Part shown: in pieces, positions 12,109-23,084 of the stretch | How the letters are laid out: every line of letters starts with the position of its first letter | Position numbering within the stretch: position 1 is the first letter of the stretch | Source of the DNA: Cyanophora paradoxa CCMP329 | Taxonomy: Eukaryota > Plantae > Glaucophyta | Direction of reading: 5' to 3' | DNA length: 64,000 nucleotides | Assembly: GCA_004431415.1 (NCBI GenBank) | Contig: QPMI01000401.1 | Span: 124,001 to 188,000 of the forward strand | The notes under the pieces: model-generated | What the model was told of the DNA's origin: nothing | The model's input: only the letters and a program-made list of their open reading frames with translations | The model's database searches: none | Program-made: the position numbers and the translations under genes

Positions 12109-12984
12109 CTGCAGTGCGCCGCGTACGTCGCACGGTACCCGTGCCGCCTGGACTACTTTTCACTGCGCATGCATCAAGCTTGCACCGCAGTACTGCGTAC
12201 CGCGCTGCCCGCAGCCGAACACGCCAGCCGGGCCGCGCCCGGGGCCCTCTTGTTGCGCTCGGTACTCCGCTGCTCGGCTTCTTGGACTGGCCGCGGTGCT
12301 TGCTTCGGCAGATTAATATTGCGCCGCAGCCTTATGCCCGCTAGCACCTTCGCCAAATTGCGCGCGTGAGTCTGCTGCTGATTAAGTCCGCACCAGATGG
12401 GACGACGATCTGCAGCCGCTTCTGTACATGTACCCGGATCCCGGAGATCTAGACGTCGTCCCGGGGCGGGACTTCGTCGCGTGTGGCGCACGCTGCACGG
12501 TGTCGTCATCATGCAACGGCGGAACTTGCTTACATTGTCCGGACGGAGCCCGTGAACACTTCTGCTGGCGCCAGAGCTTGTTTCGTCATGTCCGGCAGCA
12601 TGCATACTATGATACTATGATACTACATGGTCGCAGCTCTCGAGTTCGTGCAGTTTCGATTGAGCCGCGCGCTGGCAAAAGCGGAGCTGCTAACACACGT
12701 ATTCATTGCAATTGCCACGCAGGGTACTCTTAATTCAGCAGTGCGTGTCCAGTCTTCAGTTGGCGTTTCGCTTTCTGAGATTATACTGTAATAACTGTAT
12801 ACACAGGGCGCCGCAGCTGAAGACCAGAGAAGTCCTCCCACAGGCTTATCGTCGCCTCTACCCCTGGCGGTACCCTCGAGCTCTCGTTGGTTGACATGTA
12901 CATGCATCTCCCGGCCGCAATGACGTGCTCGCTCAGCCTGGAGCGTTTCAACTGCCGCACTCTCAGCCTGGAGCGTTCCAACTG

Positions 12985-13295
12985 CGATCGAGAACCTCCA
13001 CGAGGGAGTCCTCAAGCGCCTCCGTGACGCCGGCCTCGCGGATATCGAAATTCAAGACCTTGTCTACCAGATGCGCGGCGGGAGCGAGCAGCGCGCCAGC
13101 CGCGTGGCTCTGCGGGCGCTCGAGGCGGCGGGCCGCCTCACCATGCTCTCGCAAGATCTAGACGGCTCTCTTCAGGACCGGCGCCGCTGGCTGCCGCTCA
13201 CCCCCATGGTCGACTTCCGCCCCGACCCCCTCCAGAAGGCCTGGATCGCCTATGTTTACGGCGAGCCCTCTGCAGACAGCACCATCATCTTTTAG
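12985..13295 (+). pseudogene. Coding-like terminal exon of an unidentified, probably decayed gene
   Basis: Frame AIENLHEGVLKRLRDAGLADIEIQDLVYQM...KAWIAYVYGEPSADSTIIF* has host-like GC3 codon bias; upstream exons are not reconstructable. Confidence 0.3.
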
Positions 13296-15744
13296 CCAGC
13301 TGTTGAGGGTTAGCGGTAGGCCGTGCGAACACAGTTGATGCGCAGCGTTTTTTCGCTCCAGAACAATCTTTCATATACAGTGCGCTGAATCTGGCCTTTC
13401 ATTGAGGCTTTCCTTTATTCGGTTTGATCGCAGCGTCTGCTTATCGGGCCTTTTCAATTTTTTCAATCATTAGCTCGCACGGCGTAATTTCTCGCTTCGG
13501 CTCGATCAAGGATGTACGCTAAGATATCTGATCATCGGATCGTGATTTCGAATATACTGCCGGCCGTACACTCTAATTGACTACAATTGGATGCCTGCAT
13601 AGCGATCAGGGGGCTGCAAACGAGGCTAAGGTCTACGTCAAGACCGACAGCTACGAGTATGCTGGCCTCTGGGCGCCTCAAGGGACAGGGTGGGCGGGAA
13701 CACGAAATTGCGGCTCGGGCGCCGCGCTTGTTTTGCCGCGAAAAACGCGTTTTGCCGCTTCGAAGGTCGACTCGCAGCTTATTTGCATCATCCAGGTCCA
13801 GCAGCGACCTTTCCGCTGCAGCTGGCCCCGCAACAGAGGAAAGGAGGGCGAGTCTGGCCTCCAGCGGGTCGTAACAAAGAGGCTCGTGTTTGAATTACCT
13901 TGAATTCATGTCGTGTTTTTACGACCTAACAAGGTCGTAACAAGGTTTTTACCTTGAATTAATGTCGTGCTTGCACTTTAAATATTTGTTAGAGTCTCAT
14001 CCATGGCATAATCAGAGTCTGACAACTAGCACGTGTATGTGGCTCTATAGCTAAATCTGGCCATGGACTCCGGGAGGTCATTGGATCTGGCCATGGCGCT
14101 GGATCTCGCTCTGTGCCACATGATCATGATCGTGATTGATGTGTACAACAGAAGGGCATTCTGTACTGCTGTATTTAATATGAAGGGAGATACGCTTGCA
14201 TCATGGCATATGCGTGGAAGTTTCACGGGCCACGACGCATGTGGCCATTGATGCCGATATCGATCAAGAGCTGTACATGTTAGATGCGCCTTCGTCGATA
14301 TTATCGATGCCGGCCTGTCGGAATTCGAAGACCAGCGACTCAGTGAGTTCACGGATGCTGCTCACGGAGTCACGCCGCCCGGTCAGAATTCGAACGCACT
14401 GAATTCGGAGTCTCAAACTGCGCATCGATGTCTTCCAACTCGTCCTCGAACGCCGCGAGCACCCCGTCCACCGCATCCCCCGCGGTCGCCGCCTCTTCGA
14501 ATTCGAAGTCATCCACGGCGAGCGTCTGCCGGATTGATATTCGTCATTTAATTTGCTGCACGTGCACGCGCAAGCGCACGTGCAACACGGCATGCACAAA
14601 CATCGATCTAGAAGTTGGGGGGCCCGGCCCCGGGGGCCCCGGGCATGTGCATGCGCACCATGTTCTCCTCGTCGAGCTGGATCGCCTTGCATGACTGCTT
14701 TGGCCCATTGTTGATCACCGCCACGCCTCCCAGCTTCTTGCATGCGGCGTTGCTCGCAGCCGTATCGATGAAGACCTTGCACGCCTTATCCGCTGGTCAC
14801 GGGCCGGGTCAAATCCAACGCATATGCGTGTCAGCATTTGGATGGCGCCCGGCCCGGTGGGCTCGCAGCTGCAGATAATATCGATCCGATCATGATCACG
14901 CACCAAAGCAGTTGAGCGTCGAATTGTTGCCGCCCATCTTCCGAAGTTGAAGCTTTCACGCGTACGCTTAAAGCTTCTGCTCAGCGGCTTTTTGCAAATC
15001 CGGATCAGACTGGAGCTCAGCTCAGCGGGACCGGACTCGGGGACAGATCTAGACTGAGAGTCGACCTGCAGACTGCAGCTGCTCACTGACTCTGATTACG
15101 GTACGTATACGTCCTCAGACCGTGGGCCCGTATACGCAGTGTATTACGCACGCGCGCGTGCATACACGGTGATACACCGCGGCGCACGTGGACCGTGGCC
15201 AGCTGCAGTGCACGTGGGTCCACAGTGCCACGGTGATCATGACTTTCACTGTGCTAGATAGTAGAAACTAGGCATGCACAGGCTCTCACTGAGTCAGCTG
15301 TAGCCTGCACTGCCCTGCAGGCTGCACTGCGGCAGCCTGCAGCTTGCAGGCAGCAGTACCGCAGCTTTGCCGCAGCAGGCTGCCAGCAGCGCCCTTGCCG
15401 AATTCCGGCAATTTCCGGGGCAAGTAGCCGCTGAGCCTTGAAGTAGGCTAGTAGCCTGTTGAGCCTAGTTGAAGGCTACTAGGAGCCTCCGGGATTCGAG
15501 TCTCGCGAGAGCACCATTTCGCGAGACTCGAATCCCGGAGGGATCCCCGGATCCCGAGTCGCGAATCGATGGACTCGCGAGTCGCGATCGACCCGAGGTC
15601 ATGATCACGGGGGTTTTCTTCAATTCAATGCATATGATTTCTTGGCTATCTTTCACCGGGCTATCTTTCTTATTTTCACTGTTTCTGACAAATTCTCACT
15701 TTCTCCGTGACCGCGCACGGTGACGCCGCGGCTTGACCGTCGGA

Positions 15745-16108
15745 CAAGTACAAGACAAGTACCGTTAATTAATATAATGCGCCAGGATTTAATGCGCTTC
15801 TAGGAGTAGTTTCTACAGTAGTTTCTAGCTTAGCGCAAGTACAAGACAAGTACCGTTAATTAATATAATGCGCCAGGATTTAATGCGCTTCTAGGAGTAG
15901 TTTCTACAGTAGTTTCTAGCTTAGCGCAAGTACAAGACAAGTACCGTTAATTAATATAATGCGCCAGGATTTAATGCGTTTCTAGGAGTAGTTTCTACAG
16001 TAGTTTCTAGCTTAGCGCAAGTACAAGACAAGTACCGTTAATTAATATAATGCGCCAGGATTTAATGCGTTTCTAGGAGTAGTTTCTACAGTAGTTTCTA
16101 GCTTAGCG
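15745..16108. repeat. AT-rich tandem array, 4 x 91 bp
   Basis: Units start at 15745, 15836, 15927 and 16018. They are identical except GCGCTTCT (units 1-2) vs GCGTTTCT (units 3-4), and are followed by extra CTTAGCG heptamers. Confidence 0.97.
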
Positions 16109-16277
16109 CTTAGCGCTTAGCGCTTAAAGCGGTCGGTATAATTCCGCATGAAAACGCATTAATTTTAATATTTTTTTTGAGAGACTACGGTGGGGCGAAC
16201 CCCCCGTAGGTAGTGATATTAGGGACAACAAAGCAATCACAAATCAAAGATACAGTAAACTAGCACAAAATACAGAA

Positions 16278-19200
16278 TCAAGAGGGATCACGAGAAGGGA
16301 CACGATCAGAAGAACGCAAAAGATAAGGAGAACGAGCACGAGGAGAAGGAGTAGAAGAGCTCAAGGGCGTCGACGCAGAAGTACTAGTCACACTAGAACG
16401 ACGAGGAGCACGGGGACGCAGCAAATAAGGAGAACGAGCACGAGGAACTACAGTCGAAGACGAAGATCTAGACGAAGACGACAAGACAGAGCTAACAGCA
16501 GAACTAGAAGACGTAGTCGCAGGAGGCAAAGGCGGTAGAACAGTAGGAGAGGCGAAACGTAGGACACCACTAGAGGGGAAAGTCGAAGCTGGCGGAGTGT
16601 CTAAACGGAATCGAGATTGTAGAGTTGGTAAAACAATGGACGGCTGAAGACTAATCTGAGGAACTGGGGACGACACGAGGAAAGGGGCAGAGCTCGGGTG
16701 CAGACTCGGAATCGGCAGTATAAGAGGAGGGGCGAAACGCAAGCCAGTAGTGACAGGGAAGGCAGACGATGGGGCTGAACCAGGCGGGAGAGGCAAATAT
16801 AGCAAAGTAGAAGAGAGAGAAGGGTACACACGAGGAACGTCACCATACACAAAATACTCGCTGCCAAAAACTATACGGTCTGACGGTCGCTGAAGATAAA
16901 GAGGCGGAACTGCCTGAAGGCTAACAGTGAGAGATGGAGGAGGAAGAGGCAGAGCTAACGACAAAGGGAACGGAATCAAAGGTACAGGGAAGGCATGGAA
17001 TACACGAGGAACTGGAAGGTGGAGGGGACCAGTGCTTCTAACTAACATCGATGAAGCATCTGATGGAGGTGACGGCAAAACAACTGAGGGTAAACTAAGT
17101 TGAGGTGAAGCGAAAATGGATACAAGACTATCATGAATCAAAGGGGGCCATGCAGGAACCGGTGGGCGAGGTGGATCTGGCGGGACAGCCAGTGGGGAAG
17201 CCGAAGGGACAGGAGAGGAAAGCCGCAGGCGCTGAGACACATGTACAGGGGACGGATCGGCATCGGGAGGCAAGGTTGAATTCGACGGAGACCGGGGGCG
17301 GCGGATTCGTGAAACGGAAGGTATCGGAGAAGGACTAGGGGGGGGCAGGGAAGTACGGAGCCGCTGAGCAGGTGGCGACGGTGAGGGTGCAGGGGAGCGA
17401 ATCCGTCGCAAAGTCGGAACAGGCTGACGGGGCTCGGTATACGTAGCCGCAGCTGCAGGAGCCGGAGCAAGCATTGGAGGTGCCGGATCCGGAGACTGGA
17501 GGCGGGGGCGCTGGGCAGGAGGCACAGGATCTGGAGGATTCTCTGAAATAGAGGGGGTTCGAGGTCGGCGAACGCCACGGGCGTTAGCAGGATGTTTATC
17601 AGCCCGAACATGACGGTCACGATCAGCAGAAGACTGAAAGTTCTTCCCACAGATAGGGCATATTAATGTGGAGGCAGAAGCGGAGCTAGCGCTAGCATCG
17701 GCAGACGAGCTCAAACGAGAACTCGAGGGAGCCGGTATCGAAGCTGTATACGTAACAGCGCTAGCAGATGGCCTCGCAATGTGCTGAACTTGAGGATTCA
17801 CGCCGACGCCATTAACTGTAGCAGCAGGCCTAGGGGCAGCGACTGCAGGGGGGCCCGGGGCCGCGACTGCTGGGGGGCCCGAGCGCTGTAAAGGGATAGT
17901 TCCGCGCACAGAGAAGAAGCTCGCATCAAAAATAGACTGAGGGGGGCTAGGGCGGTCACGTGACTCAGGGTCTGAACCATCGTAATCAGAGCCCTCCCCT
18001 AAATGCCGTAAACGAAGAAGCTCAATGCGCTCGACAGCAGGAGGCGACGTAATCTCGAGAATATCCAGGAAACGTTTCCACAAGTTTAGCAGAGCATTAA
18101 CTGAGTACACTGGTACCCGCTCAGCAAGTAAATTATCGGGTGAGAGATATGCACGGGACAGCTGAAAAATTGCGTAAATGCCCGCCAAAATATAACCGAG
18201 ATACCGAACACAGAAATCGGCGTCCACCGAAGATGTGATCAATGTCCCCGCAACACCGGGGACTTGTGGATCTAGAATAGCGGAGAACGTAATAGGAGGC
18301 AATGGTAAAGAGGGCTGCACGTCCTCGGGCAAAGCCTCTGCTAAGGATGTGAGCTCAGCATGCATGGCCCGCCAAAAACCCTGCACCACAGGGCAATCAA
18401 AGAAAACGTGCCGCACTGAACGCTGCTGCCCATCATTACAAGCGCGGCAGAAGATAGCCGCGACCGGCGGCCGTTGTAAAGAGGGGAAAGCCTTAAATCG
18501 GAGACGGAAGAGGACATCGAGCCACAGCATAGGAAAGGCACGAAGGGCGACGAGCTGAGACACGCGATTAAGAGGGAGGTCCAGACCCCAGTGTTCTGAA
18601 GGCATCTTAGCCCTACTCCGCACCCGCCACAGTCGCTGTACCTCGAGCTGGTAAAAGCGCCGAACAGAAAAGCCCTGAAGCGTGAGCATCTTATCAAATG
18701 TGAAAGCAAAACTGCTGTAGGAAAGCGTAGCTGTCGAACCCGTGCCAAGCGAAACCAGAATTGGACGCGAACCTCTGCGCAAAGAAATAAAATACTGGGA
18801 CGAAAGCACATGAAGCGGCAAGAGGCCAGCTGGTACGCCGGGGTACAAGAGCGGATCTGGAGGGCGGCCACGGGGCCACGGGACGAAATCCAACACCCGT
18901 GGGACAATCTCACCTTCAAAAAGAGGGAAGGCCACAAAAAAGCCCGAGGGACCCCTAAGATACACATATTTATCATCTTTCGATTTATACCATAAGAAAC
19001 GTTCCGGCACGGCATTAGCAGTCAGCGTTGGAAGCCAACTGGACGGCAGGGCACGACAAATTTGATCAAAGGCAGCAATATAATCAACTAGCATTGCAGG
19101 GGGAGCACGAAATCGGTGCAACTGTACATCCCAAATGTCAGCGACGCGCTGTACACCGGCTCTCGCAAACTCAGTGTGTGTCTGGGCTGCAATGTCGCTA

Positions 19201-20360
19201 GGAAGAACATATAAAGGATTAAGAAAAATAGGCTGGGTCAAAATTTGATGCACGGTTGTAGGAGATGCAACGGCTTGACGGTCTCGCCACGCCTCAAACA
19301 GCATCTGCCAAAGCGGTGGCAAATGCAATCTTGGTAAGATGGCAGATACATCAAGCCCCAAAATGACATTAGCATAAGAGAATGGAGCCAACTGACGGTC
19401 TATTTGGAATTGAATATATTCCTTCCAAGGAGCTGAACAGGCCGGGTCGTTAAGGAAGGCAAGCCATTTAGACTTTAAAGCCAGTGAAAACGTAACAATA
19501 TCTGGGCAATTTAATCCACCGTCTTGAAACGGAAGCGCCGTAACATATGTAGATACGGAGCCGCGTACACCCGAAAAGTTGCGGATTAAATTACTCCAAG
19601 CTTTATAACGATCACCTCCCGGTTCTAAAATATACAGCGGATAATGTAGTGATCCCACAATAGCAGCCCACGCAAGTAAAACACCAGAGCGTAGAGGCAT
19701 CCGATTTCGGTTAACTGACTGTGCGCGCAGAACGAGAGCAGCAGTCTTTTTATTCCAAAACCGGTCATGCACGAGCTCCAGAGGGAACCCGAGATATTTG
19801 GCGATCTTGGCATCTGCAGAAATCTCAGAAGGATCAATCTTCATACGCTCAAAAGGACAATCAGGTGGAAGAGATAGATTTGAGTGCATGGGTAGTATAT
19901 GCGATTTTTCGAGATTGATTTTCGCCCCTGTTAGCCGTTGAAATTTCTTAATGAGAGCGTCCCAAATGGGGAATTCCGCAAAGGAGGCAATAAGGGGAAC
20001 AGTATCATCAGCAAACTGGAGGACCTTGCATATGGACCGCCCAGAAATTCGCACCCCGCGTATACGGGGTTCAGTATCGATTAACATGATTAATAGATGC
20101 GCGCACAAATTATATAGATATGGCGATAGAGGACCACCCTGCCGGACTCCGCACCGGATAGGAAACCGAGGCGTTGTCCAGCCATTAATATGGATCATCC
20201 CCGACAGATCAGAATACAAAAGACGGACCCAGTCAGTAAAGTATGACCCAAATCCATATTGATTCAAGGTCCAGAAAAGAAACTCCCAATTCACCCGATC
20301 ATAGGCTTTGGAGAAATCAAGGAACCCCAAACAAAGTTCCTCGAGATCGGGATTATCCCC
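16278..20360 (-). CDS. LINE ORF2, remainder: reverse transcriptase, CCHC knuckle and long Pro/Ser extension with a C2H2 finger
   Basis: LDFSKAYDRV, GVRQGGPLSPYLY, QFADD, KYLG, DGGL, CRAC...HVFFDC. Joined to the upstream part by a 1-nt frameshift near the C4 run at 20357-20360. Confidence 0.92.
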   Translation of the reverse strand, partial: GDNPDLEELCLGFLDFSKAYDRVNWEFLFWTLNQYGFGSYFTDWVRLLYSDLSGMIHINGWTTPRFPIRCGVRQGGPLSPYLYNLCAHLLIMLIDTEPRIRGVRISGRSICKVLQFADDTVPLIASFAEFPIWDALIKKFQRLTGAKINLEKSHILPMHSNLSLPPDCPFERMKIDPSEISADAKIAKYLGFPLELVHDRFWNKKTAALVLRAQSVNRNRMPLRSGVLLAWAAIVGSLHYPLYILEPGGDRYKAWSNLIRNFSGVRGSVSTYVTALPFQDGGLNCPDIVTFSLALKSKWLAFLNDPACSAPWKEYIQFQIDRQLAPFSYANVILGLDVSAILPRLHLPPLWQMLFEAWRDRQAVASPTTVHQILTQPIFLNPLYVLPSDIAAQTHTEFARAGVQRVADIWDVQLHRFRAPPAMLVDYIAAFDQICRALPSSWLPTLTANAVPERFLWYKSKDDKYVYLRGPSGFFVAFPLFEGEIVPRVLDFVPWPRGRPPDPLLYPGVPAGLLPLHVLSSQYFISLRRGSRPILVSLGTGSTATLSYSSFAFTFDKMLTLQGFSVRRFYQLEVQRLWRVRSRAKMPSEHWGLDLPLNRVSQLVALRAFPMLWLDVLFRLRFKAFPSLQRPPVAAIFCRACNDGQQRSVRHVFFDCPVVQGFWRAMHAELTSLAEALPEDVQPSLPLPPITFSAILDPQVPGVAGTLITSSVDADFCVRYLGYILAGIYAIFQLSRAYLSPDNLLAERVPVYSVNALLNLWKRFLDILEITSPPAVERIELLRLRHLGEGSDYDGSDPESRDRPSPPQSIFDASFFSVRGTIPLQRSGPPAVAAPGPPAVAAPRPAATVNGVGVNPQVQHIARPSASAVTYTASIPAPSSSRLSSSADASASSASASTLICPICGKNFQSSADRDRHVRADKHPANARGVRRPRTPSISENPPDPVPPAQRPRLQSPDPAPPMLAPAPAAAATYTEPRQPVPTLRRIRSPAPSPSPPAQRLRTSLPPPSPSPIPSVSRIRRPRSPSNSTLPPDADPSPVHVSQRLRLSSPVPSASPLAVPPDPPRPPVPAWPPLIHDSLVSIFASPQLSLPSVVLPSPPSDASSMLVRSTGPLHLPVPRVFHAFPVPLIPFPLSLALPLPPPSLTVSLQAVPPLYLQRPSDRIVFGSEYFVYGDVPRVYPSLSSTLLYLPLPPGSAPSSAFPVTTGLRFAPPLILPIPSLHPSSAPFLVSSPVPQISLQPSIVLPTLQSRFRLDTPPASTFPSSGVLRFASPTVLPPLPPATTSSSSAVSSVLSSSSRSSSSTVVPRARSPYLLRPRAPRRSSVTSTSASTPLSSSTPSPRARSPYLLRSSDRVPSRDPS

Positions 20361-22074
20361 TCATAATACATCAATAAATATACGAGCATAAATTGATGCA
20401 CCGCAGAACGTTTGGTGATAAAACCCGACTGATATTTTGATATTAAGCGGGGCATAATTGGGGTCAAGCGGTTAGATAATGCCCGCTCGACTGCTCGCTC
20501 CTCCACATTCGATAGAGCGATAGGCCGGCGGTTAGTGACTAAAGTCGCATCCGTACCAGGTTTCGGAATTGGGACAATGAGGATATCTCGTAGCGAGCCA
20601 GGGGCCGCCTTCCGATTATGCATAGCCTTAAGGTATTCCATAAAATCTGGACCAATGTCGTCCCAGAAAGTACTATAAAATTCAGGTACTAAACCATCAA
20701 GTCCAGGGGATTTTCTAAGCCCAGATATATCCTTAAACGATTGCAATAATTCATAGGCGGCCAGTGGGGTATCGAGATCCACGGCCTCCCGCGGTATGAG
20801 TTTATAAGGCGCATACAGTGACGCACATTCAGCCCGTTCATCACGATGCGCCGCCACCACACTTTGAGCTTGCTGACCATCGTATAGATCAGCGAAATGA
20901 GCTGCCGACAACGTCATAAGCACGAAGGGATTATCAGTAGCATAAGAGGGATCCGGGGTGTTGGCCGGCCGGAGTTTACTCTCACATCCGGTCTCCTGCT
21001 CAGCAGTGCCGAAATAATGAGTGAAAAACTCCCGACTCGATGTGGCCTCGTTCTGACTTGAGAATAGCGAATCAGCTTGAACGGCAGCCCTACACACTTG
21101 AGGCATGCGTTCCCGCAGCTCTCTATAAAGAGCAGAGCGGCCACTCAAGAAACTGTCCCGCAAGATCTCGCCCTGCGAATAGGCGGTGATGAGACGTTCG
21201 AGACGTTTCATGGCAGACCAGTAAGCCGACTTATTCTTGCGCCGCTCAGTCGACTCCCACGCAGAGAGAGCAGTCTGTAGATACCGTTTAAGAGCTTCGA
21301 AGCGAAGAATAGAATCGGATGCAGGCGAAGGCCACTCAGCACGCCACATCTGAAAAACCTTCCGAATTTCAGCGAGATACGCTGGGTTCTTCCCATAAAG
21401 GTCCCATCGCATCTTCCAGCGACCCGGCCCACGCTGATGAGCTGGAGGGGACAGCGTGAGTTGAACTCCAATGTGATCAGAAAGAGGCCTATCAAGATGT
21501 CTGGAAGTGTATTTCATCCATGGGACGAGCACTGGGTTCCATGCGAGTAGGGATTGAGAGACAAAGAAATAATCTAGACGAGATTCGACGGCCCCCGAGG
21601 CTGCCTGGGCATTAGTCCGATAAAACGTTTTAAACCGATTAGACCGGCGCTCATCCGTAGCAAGCGATGCAACATCCTGGAGTTGATATTGCGAGCAAAC
21701 CGCTTCAAAGGATGCAGGGGGCGACACCCGCCCCGAAGTACTGTTCGCGTCAGAAGGCAAAAGGTGAAAGTTAAAATCACCACATAAGATTAAACGGGAC
21801 CCCACAGGAACGACCGACTCCAGAGTATGACTCAATGTCTCGTAGAAGCCTAACCGTTCAGCATCCTGAACAGGTGCGTAAATGTTGCACAGGTAAATAT
21901 TTACAGTTCCAGAGCGCAACAAGAACAGCTGCAGCCGGGAACTCTGTGCAGGAGCTAGCGAGGTAATGCTAAATCGCTTATTAGGGAAGAGAGTAGCTAC
22001 ACCTTGACTGGCAACTTCTGGATTGAAAGCCCAGTACGAAGGGGTAGCCCCCCACTTGCCCTTCAGAAAATCAG
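20291..22074 (-). CDS. LINE ORF2, N-terminal part: AP endonuclease, linker and start of RT (5'-truncated)
   Basis: NIYAP, LILCGDFN, SRLDYFFVS, SDH, GPGRWK, KSPGLDGLVPEFY, RPIALSN, YQSGFI. The frame is open up to the TSD and starts inside the EN domain. Confidence 0.92.
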
Positions 22075-22099
22075 CGCATTAATTAAGTGCGCAGCGTGA

Positions 22100-22353
22100 A
22101 TTGTCTCCTTGCACACCCGGTGTTCGTGAAAGTGTAAATATAACACCGAGCCCGGCCCCGGGCCCCCGGCTCGGCCCGGAGCTATTAGTAGGAGCCTCTG
22201 AGATCAATAAATTGCGCATGCCGCAGTGCAACGCAAACTAGATTGTCTCCTAACATTCTCGTTGAGATTCAAACCCGAGCCGGGGCTCGGCCCAGCAGGT
22301 CTATATATATATATAGTTTGTACAAGTAGGAGCCTCCGAGATCGACTGTCTCC
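22100..22353. repeat. Degenerate tandem modules of about 140 bp containing a GC hairpin
   Basis: ATTGTCTCCT ... CCGAGCC..GGCTCGGCCC ... AGTAGGAGCCTCYGAGATC occurs twice, and a third TGTCTCC follows. Confidence 0.6.
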
Positions 22354-23084
22354 CAGCCTGAGAGTCCCAGGCTGACGTCCCAGGCTCCCAGCTCAGCTCT
22401 AGCTATATATATGCCGCCAAATGGAAGGCATCATGGGCCTTCATGGCATGCAAAATAGACTCATTCGACTTCCGCATATTCATTCGATCGGATTCCTTTC
22501 GTTGATTATCAGCTTCGCGCGGCGGGGCCCGGGTGACGCCGTCACCGTGGCAGGCCGCTGACGGCGCGGCGCCCTTTGACACCGGCACAGGGGGTCGCCG
22601 AGTCGAGGCCGAGGCGATCGCGAGAGGGCACGTGCACTGCGGCAGGCGCGCGACCGCGAGGGCAGCAGAGCTGGGATGCCCTAGGCATCGTGCTACCATG
22701 GTATACGTAGCTGCGCGGGAGCGGGACCAGGAACGTACACGGCATTCGAACGGCGAAGGGGATCCGGATATGCGGGGCGGTTGCGCCCGGGCGGCGGCAG
22801 GGATACGCGATGCAGGGTTCGGGGAGGTGGGGGAGGGGGGTCTCTTTGCAGTTTACCGTTAACTCAGTTGCAGCAGCCACGCATGCGCAGTTAACGTTGT
22901 GCGTTCGACGCGTGGACATGCTCCAGCTTCTCCTCACTCCAGCCTCAGCGGCCTGCTCGAGCTCCAGCTGCAGCTTCTCCTTAAAAAGCTGCGCCGAGCT
23001 TTTAAAGCTTGCGCCCAGCCTCGAGCTCGTGATCCGATTTCAAGCAGAACATGCCTGGGATATTTCTAGTGTTACATTCTTGAT

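Larger units (their letters stand above)
16165..22074 (-). mobile_element. 5'-truncated L1/Tx1-clade non-LTR retrotransposon
   Basis: APE endonuclease + RT + CCHC zinc knuckle ORF2; 3' stem-loop and A-rich tail at 16165-16209; 10-bp TSD CGCATTAATT at 16155-16164 and 22075-22084; composition about 50% GC and intronless, unlike the host genes. Confidence 0.95.

Noticed and set aside
13560-15090. Coding-like fragments (YVKTDSYEYAGLW; KACKVFIDTAASNAACKKLGG; acidic stretch)
   Set aside because: Multiple stops and frameshifts and no recognisable family; probably relics.
15745-16108. CRISPR-like array
   Set aside because: The units are contiguous identical 91-mers with no unique spacers, there are no cas genes, and the context is eukaryotic.
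16101-16125. Telomere-like (CTTAGCG)n
   Set aside because: Only about 3 units, derived from the end of the 91-bp unit; not a recognised telomere motif.
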